Assembly (NCBI RefSeq): GCF_018977255.1
Contig: NW_024704743.1
Coordinates: 107,510,001-107,574,000, forward strand
Direction: 5' to 3'
Source of the DNA: Callorhinchus milii
Taxonomy: Eukaryota
Length of the DNA stretch: 64,000 bases
The notes beneath the pieces were generated by a model. It searched no databases and was not told where the DNA came from. It saw nothing but the letters and a program-made list of their open reading frames with translations. The translations under genes and the position numbers were made by a program. Positions 39,626 to 49,768 of this stretch are shown here, piece by piece (position 1 is the stretch's first letter; each line of letters starts with the position of its first letter).

Positions 39626-41027
39626 GCATCAAATAACCATTGACATAATTTTCTGGTCATTGCTCGCTCTCTGACATCACTTGCTCGTTCTGCGCACGTA
39701 TGGTACACAGAATGCGCTGCTACTGTCATTTTACAAAGGAAGTTACATCACCAACGTTTCCTGTGTATAGCATATAGGCACATCATGCAGGAAGTGACGT
39801 TAGTTGCACTTCGCACAAAAGTGGCGTCAGCGGCATTCCGATGGCTGAGAAAGAATAATAATGTTCCAGTGCAGGATGCTGACTAGTCAGCACCAGAAGC
39901 CAGATGTATTGCATTTCTAGTTAATATTGTGTTCATAGCAGACCCACACTTAAAGATAGGCAGCGCTATTAATGGGGAAGACGCCATAATGGGATTCTCT
40001 TGCAGCGTGAATTATTTCCTTTACAAGGTAGCTGGTCTCAGGGAACCCAGGAATTTGTAAACTACAACTCCAATCAACGGAATCAAAAAGCAAAAGTAAT
40101 GCGAGCAAGTGAACAAACTTTCTAAAGTTTGTGCCTTTTTCCAGGTCAAATTATGTCCTAGAAAGATAGCTGTTCTGGTTCTCAGAAATAAAAGGAAATG
40201 GAAGCCGTTACACTCACCTATATTAAATAGGAAAGTTAAAAATAGTACATTAATTAAGTTCCAATGAAGCAAAATCTGACTAAAATTAGAGTAGCTAATA
40301 AATCACAATAGGATTTTAAATCTATATTAAAGGACTCACCAAGTATCTAATTGAAATTTGAGTTTAAGTTTCAAAAGGCCAGGAAAAAAAATTCTAAGAG
40401 GGTTTTCCACACCGTACTAGAATAGATATGTTATTTCCTTTAACAAACCATGTGAAATTAACTAACACTGTTGAATAACTCAACCAGGAACAGGAAATTG
40501 ATTTTTTTGTTTCATTTGAACACCCCAAGCAACATTTTTCTATCTAGCAGCCAAGTCTCTTCTGATTTAGCCTAGGAGAGTGGGACAGAATGGTACGGAA
40601 TCCAGGTATCTTCTGTCTCAGGTCTGTGTATTCTTGTTTCTGTTTACCCACAGAACAGTTACCACGCTATCTCCTGTGAAGCACTTTGGGACATTCTCCA
40701 AATGTGAAAGGCTCTGTGCCAAACTGTTATTGTTATTAATTATTGTTACAAATACACAATCAGTACATTTGACAGTGGTTCCTTGTGATGCACTTTGGTC
40801 TAATAATTGCTATATCAAATGCAAGAACTATCATCATTATTTATGGGACGTAACCAAGGCAATCTCAGATGCTTGTTGTTTCGGGATGCTTCATTTAGCA
40901 GGTAAACTGAGAATGATACAAATTGATCCAGATAAATTTGAGTTCCTGCTGTGTGCAATTGGCCTACTGTGTGCAATTGGCTGCCACATTTTGCCCATAA
41001 ATTATACAGTCAATCCATTTACAATAT

Positions 41028-41325
41028 TGTGGAGTCCTGTAGCTCAGTGGTTAGAGCACTCGCTTTGCAAGCGAGAGACCTGAGTTCAATTCCAGGCAGG
41101 GCGAAACCTTGGGCAAGCTTCCTTACTCCACACGTCTAATAATAATCCCTCCAAAACCAAAAACAATAATAAATTGGTCATTTTCAATCTACGACTGTTT
41201 GTGGGACATTGCTGTGCGCAATTGGCTGCCGTGTTCGCCCCAATTCACTTTACAGTATGTTCTGTGAAGCGCTTTGGGACGTCCTCCCGACGTGAAAAGC
41301 TCTATATCAAATGCAAGGATTATTA
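41028..41325 (+). mobile_element. Young SINE nested in an older copy of a related SINE (about 40950-41027 and 41340-41420)
   Basis: The older copy reads ...cagtcaatccatttacaatat before the insert and resumes aatatatcctgtgaagcac...ggattattatt after it. Confidence 0.9.
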
Positions 41326-42737
41326 AGGATTATTTAGTATTAATATATCCTGTGAAGCACTTCGCGACACCTCAATAAGGAGATAAGGTGCTATATCAAA
41401 TAGAAGGATTATTATTATTACTGAGTGATAAGGAGCCCAAGGATCTTTTGATCATTTGCTTGAAAATCAACTACCTAATTGTTCTGAGCTGCAATCTTTT
41501 TCTTTGGCTTCCCCCAATTGTATAATAAGTACTGTAATAGTATTTACAGTACTCTATGCTCAGGTGAAGCAACACCATTGAGATGCCCATCTCATGGAAA
41601 AGAAAGAATTGCTGCAGCTGTCATCAGGAACCCAAGAAATGGGTCTACAAAGGACTCAACACTAAATAGCTAAGAATGACCCTTTAAATCTCTGACATCC
41701 CATTTTCAATAATAGCTGTAATACCAAACTGCTGATTGAAATCTTTACTGTTTGGTCCTAATCCATCTACACAAGGGGTGCTGGTTTTCCAATCTAATGA
41801 GCAATAACATTTGTTGCTTGTTAGATTGATACCCTTGTTTTGGTACTCTTGTCAAGTTAAACCAATGAGATTTTTTTTCCCCTGAAGAATGTAGCCAAAG
41901 GAAATATGGAGGACTAGAAGGTGAATATGTAACCTTCACCTCAAGTCACTAGTACAGCTCAACCATTGGCACCTTCTATAAAGTAGAATTTGATTTATTA
42001 CATCGTCCACTCAAAGACTGAAAAACATTTTAGATGTGGGTCAGAGTCTTTACTTTACAGGGTCAAAAAACTGGACAATTCCATACATAGTCTGCAACTA
42101 TGAGAGATTAACACTCTCCTGGAGACAGTCAGGTTCAAAAGCAGAACATCTTCACTCAATTGCAATTATAAGTCCCTTGGTGGTTGAGCAACTTTATCCA
42201 GTGAGGAGCTGAGCGTTACAGACTACAAGTGTCCTAGATTCAACGCCTAAGAATTTGCGAATCTCAGGCGATTTGGGTTGAGGTATTACAGTTGTCCATG
42301 ATTCCTCAAGTTAGAAGGGGAACAAAGTCACTCAAGTTTCCTGATCACTCTACAGTGGCCCCAGTATTACGCTCGGCTATGATTCCCTTCCCACAGCCTG
42401 TGGAAAATCACTGTCAATGTCATTCCTTAGAACGATCACTTCCTAGACGGCAGCGAGCACTCAGAATAGTAGCCACAAGGAGGAAAAAGGATGAGAGGAC
42501 GTAAGAAAAAAAAAACCAGGATGTATAAAATTACAACACTCATAACAATTCTTGGCTTTGGAGAGAAGATATTTACTTATAATGGAAACCATCACAAGCA
42601 AGTATTTAGGCAATCAGCGTTGGGGGAAAAAACAATTAGAAATGTGATGGGGAGATAGTTAACTCACTAAAAACAAACGAATTTGTCTCCACATTCCCCC
42701 TGGGAAAGATCAAAGCTATTCCATGTGGGCTGCATAC

Positions 42738-42929
42738 CTGATTTGGACTTGAGCAGCAGCTGAATAGTGTGGCCGTCGTTTATTACTTCGGAATCCCGAC
42801 AAACCACATAGTTTGGTGACAAACGTATCTCCAGCAGTGAAGAGTCGTACTTTGCCTCTCTGGAGTTGAGGTTTATAGGAGACTGGTACTCGCCGTTAGC
42901 CTCAGGGAACAGGAGCCCCCATTCCACTC
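42738..42929 (-). CDS. CA8: CA8 coding exon 2 ([64 protein letters not shown])
   Basis: Acceptor ttcag|, donor CAG|GTATGC, 192 nt. Contains the alpha-CA motifs QSPINL and NDGHT. Confidence 0.97.
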
Positions 42930-43327
42930 CTGAACACCACAGACAGGGACAGAGCGTAACAGAGGAGTGAGTTACACCGGGACGGCCCCGGCACTGCTCT
43001 GTGCTGATCAGGTACTGCATTAGCACTCACCAAACACACCAACACATCAACTTTCAAACCACTGGTTTTCTGGACAGTTTGAGCGAAGCAGCTTTGATTT
43101 ACTGTGACAATTTGGGGCTGCTGTGGTGTGCATTCCTTATAGCTATTTTAATCACACACAACACATATATATATATATAAAATCTTTATGGTACTTTGAT
43201 ATTCTATGTGCATCCAAAGACACTTTCTGAGCCGATGTGACAAATAGTTCTTTCTCACTGCGCACCCCCCAAACTTGGCTTCTCCATCTAACGCAGTTTT
43301 TTTTCGGGCGAATTAGCATTTTAATGC

Positions 43328-43869
43328 GAAAGAAGAGAGTAAAAGAGCAAAAGAGAGAGTAAAAGAGCAAAAGAGAGAGTAAAAGAGCAAAAGAGGGAGC
43401 AAAAGAGAGAGCAAAAGAGGGAGCAAAAGAGAGAGTAAAAGAGCAAAAGAAAGAGCAAAAGAGCAAAAGAAGAGAGTAAAAGAGCAAGAGAGAGAGCAAA
43501 AGAGAGAGCAAAAGAGCAAAAGAGAGAGCAAAAGAGCAAAAGAGAGAGCAAAAGAGCAAAAGAAGAGAGCAAAAGAGCAAGAGAGAGAGCAAAAAAGAGA
43601 GAGAGCAAAAGAGCAAAAGAGAGAGTAAAAGAGCAAAAGAGAGAGCAAAAGAGCAAAAGAAGAGAGTAAAAGAGCAAGAGAGAGAGCAAAAGAGAGAGCA
43701 AAAGAGCAAAAGAGAGAGCAAAAGAGCAAAAGAGAGAGCAAAAGAGCAAAAGAGAGAGCAAAAGAGCAAAAGAGAGAGCAAAAGAGCAAGAGAGAGAGCA
43801 AAAGAGCAAGAGAGAGAGCAAAAGAGCAAGAGAGAGAGCAAAAGAGCAAAAGAAGAGAGTAAAAGAGCA
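43328..43869. repeat. Purine-rich compound simple repeat of (GCAAAAGA) and (GCAAAAGAGAGA) units in CA8 intron 1
   Basis: About 540 bp of 8- and 12-mer units with GT/GC variants. It produces the stop-free Leu/Ser/Phe/Cys ORFs at 43152-43974. Confidence 0.97.
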
Positions 43870-43898
43870 TTCTTTTTTGCACAGAGAAACAAACTCAC

Positions 43899-43974
43899 CT
43901 TCTTCGTACCCCCATTGCAGCTCTTCCTTCTCCGCGTAAGGATCGCTGTCCTCGATCAAAGTGTTGTCAGCCAT
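43899..43974 (-). CDS. CA8: CA8 coding exon 1 (MADNTLIEDSDPYAEKEELQWGYEE-G)
   Basis: ATG at 43974-43972 (TCCATGG context). Translation resembles the CA8 N-terminus (WGYEEG). Donor AAG|GTGAGT after 43899, 76 nt, phase 1, joins exon 2 in frame. Confidence 0.95.
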
Positions 43975-44280
43975 GGAGTTGGGGTTTGGGGTTTGAGTTG
44001 GAGCCTCTGTGTGTGTGTGTGTGTGTGTGGCCGCCGCTGCAGCTCAATCCTCCCCCTGTGAGCACTCACTGATCGTCTCCTCTCTGATTGACAGACCAGT
44101 GAGTGCAGGGAACCCGGGACCAGTACAACACACTGCACCTTGTACACCACCACCACTCCTGCACAGGGTGGCCAAGTGGCACGGGTTCACTCCCAATTGG
44201 GCGTCACTCAGTTGCACCGTGTGTGTTGGGGGGGGGTGGGAGAGATGCCTGTGGCAGGTGCCTCATTTATTAAAAATTTA
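43975..44280 (-). promoter_or_regulatory. CA8 5' UTR and proximal promoter region
   Basis: GC-richer segment with several CpGs immediately upstream of the ATG; includes (CA)11 on the sense strand. The TSS cannot be determined from sequence. Confidence 0.5.
44008..44029. repeat. (TG)11 microsatellite 33 nt upstream of the CA8 ATG
   Basis: Direct read of the sequence. Confidence 0.95.
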
Positions 44281-47082
44281 ACTTAAAATTAAATAAATTA
44301 AATAAATCCCCCACCCCATCCCCCCCTTTTAAAGACTTTCTTACACAGTTTCAAAAGCACTGATCGTAAATTGGCCACTCTGCTACCCAAAGGGGGGCGA
44401 CGCATAATTCGGGGCCGAGTTTGGGGCAAAAAAGAATTCAAAAAAACATTTTATTTTGTTTAGACCTGCTAAACTTTTTTTTTACTGTCACCTTCCTTGG
44501 ACTCCACCATTGTTAAGCGCTCTGAGACACTGCCCGGCGTGGAGGGTGCTATATTAAGTGCAAGTTGTTGTTGTTTATTTGAAGATTTTTTTTCCCACAG
44601 TTTCAAAAGCCCGAACCTAAATTGCTACCAGTAGGAAGCGACCCATAATATTGGGCAAGTATTGGGGCGGTGGACTTCGGGCTACAAACATACTTTAATT
44701 ACTGGCAACCCTCTTCCTGTGTTTACCACATAGACACCCTCCCTAAATACCCTAAAAAGTGTGGCTCTCCACAATAAGGAGGAAAGTGCAATCTTCAGAA
44801 AACCGCAGCATGCAAATAAGTCAGAGCAGCAACTGGCTGCTTCTCAGTGGACTCTGGTAAGGCAGGAGGGGAAGCAAATCACCCACAGTTTCAGTTAAAC
44901 TGAGACCCAGCACTTGCTGTGCAGATGCTACTTTTCCAGCTTTTGTGTGTGTGCAGTACCAATGAGCACGAAGAGACTGAAAAATATCTGAGTGCATTTC
45001 AGGACCTTTTTGTCTCGCCAACAAAATCAATTCACTTTACAGTGTATTCTTTGAAGCACTTTGAGACGTCTCGAAGATGTGATAAGGCGCTATATCAAAT
45101 GCAAGGATTATTTTGCATTAAGTTGAACCCTTGAGGTTGTTGCATTTTATTGAAAAGTTGCAATAAAAGTTGCACACCTAAACTGGGCTGAGTGGCTCGA
45201 TAGTGAAATGTCAAGGTGGCGCCCTACTTATTAGGTTCCTGCTCCTCTTCCCACACGTTTTATTGTGATCCAAGGATTCTGTGCTAGAAGCTTGGACTGA
45301 ATTTAAGACTGCTGAGATTCAGACATCAACTATCATCAGTCCCAATCCGAGCATTGGAGCTACAGTACTGTACTTGCGTGTTTGTTTTTAATAATAAAAA
45401 TCCTGCATTTGATATGGAGCCTTATCACATTGTCAAGATGTCTCAAAGCTCTCCACAGAGTATATTGCTTCACAGAGTATTATTGGCTGTGTATTTTGTG
45501 GGCAAATTGTTATAGGATATGACTTTTGCAAGTTTCACATAACTCACACTTTGCATAAATCATATTAAATGTATGGTCCCAACTGATATGAATTATGTGA
45601 GGTTCACTGTATAGACTTATTTGGATGAAGTTAGAGGTGCAGGCAGGAGAGAATAACTTTTGTTCATTATTATTAATCAGAGAAAGTAAATGAAATGACG
45701 AAGCTCTTCAGGATGCTAGTGACAGATGAAAGAGTGGCGCTACAATTGGAGGCATGCTCAGCCATGCAGTTGAATTGTGGACTGACCACAGGTGCTAATC
45801 TTTCACTATTAGTCTACGATATTTGCATAGCATTTAGGTTTACTGCATCATTAATTTTTTTTTGTACACCTTTCCAATTTGGGAGCTCTTGTCTGCCAAA
45901 ACCTTTAGGAGGTGATTGCTGAGTTGTGCTTTCTTGGAAGCAGGATACCTACATACAGTAATGCTGCCTGTAAGAACTTCTAGGAACAAAATGCATAACA
46001 TAGTGATGCATTGAAACTACCCTTACTTATTAACAGATAAAAACTAGCTGCCCACGCCACAAATTGCTTTCAAGAAATGGTTTAGACTGTGTTTATACAG
46101 CCTATTTAGCACAAAAACACGTTGAACTAAGCAGCAATATTTTGCAAAGTGTGCAGTTTAAATAGGTGGGTCAGACAGCACAAATCATTTTCCTGACAGA
46201 ATCTGGAGGTAGGGATGTCAGCATTAGTGTGAATTGCCCCACAACAGTATAATCACAATGGGTGACAAACACACTGACTCACCCAGGATCTTTGAATGGA
46301 CTTTGAATGAATCTTTGTATCACTGAAGAAACAACTGCTCAGCTTTATCCTGACATTAAAACGCTAACCTCTGATTTCAGTGTTGTATACATGTACAGCT
46401 TGCCACTTGAGTAAATTTAAATATATGACCATCATTGCCGCCATTGGAAGTGACGCGGCTAAGAATATATCAATCGAATTTGTTGCTTCATGTGATAATA
46501 ATAATAATAATCCTTGCATTTGATATTAGCGCTTTTCACATCTTCTAGACGTCTCAAAGCGCTTCACAGAATAGACTCCAAAGTGAATTGACTGTATATT
46601 TAATGTAAGTATACTGCAGGGAAAGAATGCACTTGGATCCCAATAATATTGAAATACAGCAAGGTTGTATAATAATTATAATCCTTACTTTGATATAGTA
46701 CCTTATCATGTCATCAAGACATCTCAACGTGTTTCACAGGACATACTGTAAAATGGATTGACTGTGCATTTTCTGAGCCATAATTGTTAAATATTCTCAT
46801 TTCCCCCCAAAACACAGAAGTGTAATCCATGCATGTGTGAGAATGTGTGCAGGATCCATTTCCTGGGCCATTCCAAAGTACCCTCCAACTATCTAAATGG
46901 AGCCACTCTGTGATACATCGCCATAACACAACACTAGAGTCTCCTATCAGCTAAGGGGGTAGGTGTGGAGGCTACAATAGACACAATAATATTTCACAGA
47001 TGTTTATAAATATAATTAGGAACAGTATTTTGGAAAGAAAATGCCCCTCTAGACTTCCTTCCTGCTTACTGCAATTAAATCC

Positions 47083-47292
47083 TATGGAACTCCATTCCAC
47101 ATTCCGTTCGCTTCACTCCCTCCCTTGTCTCCTTGAAGTGCATTTGACCATGCCTTCAGCCACCTTCCTACCCTTTCTGTCCTCCACCCTCCCCGATACC
47201 GATCCCCAGCTCGCATCCAAATCCCTGCCTGTCCAGCGCCTTGGGACGTCCTCCCGATGTGAAAGGCACTGTACAAATGTAATTTGTATTGT
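47083..47292 (+). mobile_element. L2 3' fragment
   Basis: cagcgccttgggacgtcctcccgatgtgaaaggcact tail. Confidence 0.75.
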
Positions 47293-48129
47293 ATTGTATC
47301 ATCAAATCAGCTGCACAGAGGCCACTGCCTTCAACAACAACAACTTGCATTTATATAGAGCCCCTCACGCAGGGTACGCTTGATTATCCACAACTCAACG
47401 CTGCCTATTCTGCAAATAACAGATACAATAGGGGACATTTCAATTCTGCAATCGCATCTTGATGTTCAGATGAGTGTATTGCACTTCTACAGAACTTTAG
47501 TTCTGAATCTAAAGCTCTAGTCAACAAATAACATAGGTACAAAAGGTTGTTTGGTTGATAGTGCACCTCTCCCCACTGTATGGTGGTCTAATATGGAATA
47601 AAAGTAAATCAGGAGAAAACTAATGGTCAATGACTGATTGATAAATAATACAGACACAACCTATTCATAAACATATCATTTTGCCTTTGAACAGAACGGA
47701 CGATGCAGACCTGCAAGGATGTAAAATATTTTTTGAGAATGGCTTATACTTTTCAAATAAAGTTAGCTTTTTATTATGACTAAATCACTGTTCAAGCTTT
47801 CTTTTTATCATGTCTACTTTTTTTCCATAATGCTGGTCTACATTAAAATCAGTCTTTTTGATTTTTTACTGTTGTTAAAAATATTGCATGATTGAATCAG
47901 ATGACAACATGTTCTGAAGGCTGTGAACACATTTGTTTCACTTTTTTACAAGCTAAAGCTTTCACAGAGTTAAATGAGTTTTACAATCTAATGAGTTACT
48001 TGAAAATGAAAAGGTTGGTAACCTGCCAAACCATAAAATGAAATTGATACTTAATATAAAAACTACTTGCAAAGAAAGTGCCTATAGTAATGCATCAAAA
48101 CCATGTTAACCTAAACAATGCACACCAAT

Positions 48130-48392
48130 GGCAGTCGGGTCTTCAGCTTCTCTGTCCCCTCCCTCTGGAACTGCATCCTACATTCCCTTCATCTTGCTCC
48201 CTCCCTTGCCTCCTTCAAGGGAGCCTCAACACCCTCCTCTTCGACCGTGCCTTCGGCCACCCTCTTTGCCCTCCATCCTCCCTGATCCCAACATCCCGCT
48301 CAGGTCCTAATCCCTAATCCCTGACTGTTAAATGCCTTGGGACATCCTCCTGACGTGAAAGGCACTTTACAAATGTAATTTTGTATTGTATT
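48130..48392 (+). mobile_element. L2 3' fragment
   Basis: ctcttcgaccgtgccttc followed by the gccttgggacatcctcctgacgtgaaaggcac tail. Confidence 0.75.
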
Positions 48393-49379
48393 ATAAAACT
48401 TTTCGGTATATCCTGTGAAATGTTTTGAGGTGTCCTCCTGCTGTGAAAGACGTTATTTGTTAGTCGATTGGTGGATCGCTTTTCTGGGGGTAATCTCTTT
48501 TAAAAAAAATTAATAATGATAATTTGGTCACTCAATCCATGACTCTCTGTGGGACACTGCTGTGTGTAATTGGCTGCTGTGTTTCACTCACAAAACATAC
48601 TGTCAATTCACGTTACAGTACAAAATACAGTCACTGCACTTTGTAATAAAATTTGTGAAGCGCTTTGAGATGTCTCGACAATGTGATAAGGCACTATATC
48701 AAATGCAAGGATTATTATATATTCTTTGAAGCGCTTTGAGACATCTTAAAGACATGAATAGGCACTATATCAAATGCAAGGATTATCATATCAGATGTAC
48801 AATTATTTATTATTGTTATGTTCAATAATTTTTTGCATTGATAATGATGTTGAGTGATTCTCAACTTTTCTTCCCAGTGGCAAACTAATGCCACAACTAC
48901 AATTACAGTATTATAAACCACAATTTGCTTATAGCAACTGGATCTAATTTGCGAGAGTCAAAGACGATATGTGATAAGTAAATCCCAGTGGTGTCATGGC
49001 CGAATTTCTGGACCTTTGCTTGAAATAACAATGGTGAGGATTAGACGATTTAACTGGCTTTCAATCAAACCATGTGTCAAAATCAGGAGGATGTCCACAT
49101 GCAAAACAGTCAATCATTAAATTTTATTGCAATGTTTGGCAATGTGATAATCACGTACATTTTTCCTTCCTATGTCATCTATTTTAAGAATCTAGCATCA
49201 ATGATAATGAATGCAAGTTGAAGAGATATACAAGGAACATGCAAAAGCATGCAGCATAAGATGGATATAATCCAAATCCAAAAAGAAACAAATATCCATG
49301 TTTGTTGGTTTAAAAATAAGAGACTAAAAAGTGATTCTGTGACCATTTTAAACAATATTTTCTAATAACAAGAAATTTA

Positions 49380-49768
49380 TTAATAATAAGCCTTGCATTT
49401 GATATAGCACCTTATCGTGTCTTCGAGACATCTCAAAGGACTTCGCAGAATATACGGTGAAGGCAATTGACTGTATATTTTGTGGGTGAAATGCAGCGAC
49501 CAATTGCACACAGCAGAGTCCCACAAACAGCTGTGGATTGAGTGACCAATTTATTTTTATTGTTTTTAATTTTTACTTTTTGAAGAGATTATTACATCTG
49601 GAAAAGCGATCTGCCAATAGACTAACAATTAGGCTCCTACTTACTGCTAGGTAAACAGAGGCATATTGAGTAAGGAAACTTGCCCAATGTTTTACCTTGC
49701 CCAGGAATCAAACCCAGGTCCTCTCGCTTGTGAGGCGAATGCTCTAATCACTAAGTAACAGGACTCCA
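49380..49768 (-). mobile_element. tRNA-derived SINE, long subtype
   Basis: Contains the cctacttactgctaggtaaacagaggc segment plus head and tail. Confidence 0.88.

Noticed and set aside
43152..43974. Long Leu/Ser/Phe/Cys ORFs (248, 189 and 217 aa), one starting at the CA8 ATG
   Set aside because: They are translations of the stop-free intron-1 simple repeat. The real frame leaves at the GTGAGT donor after 43899.
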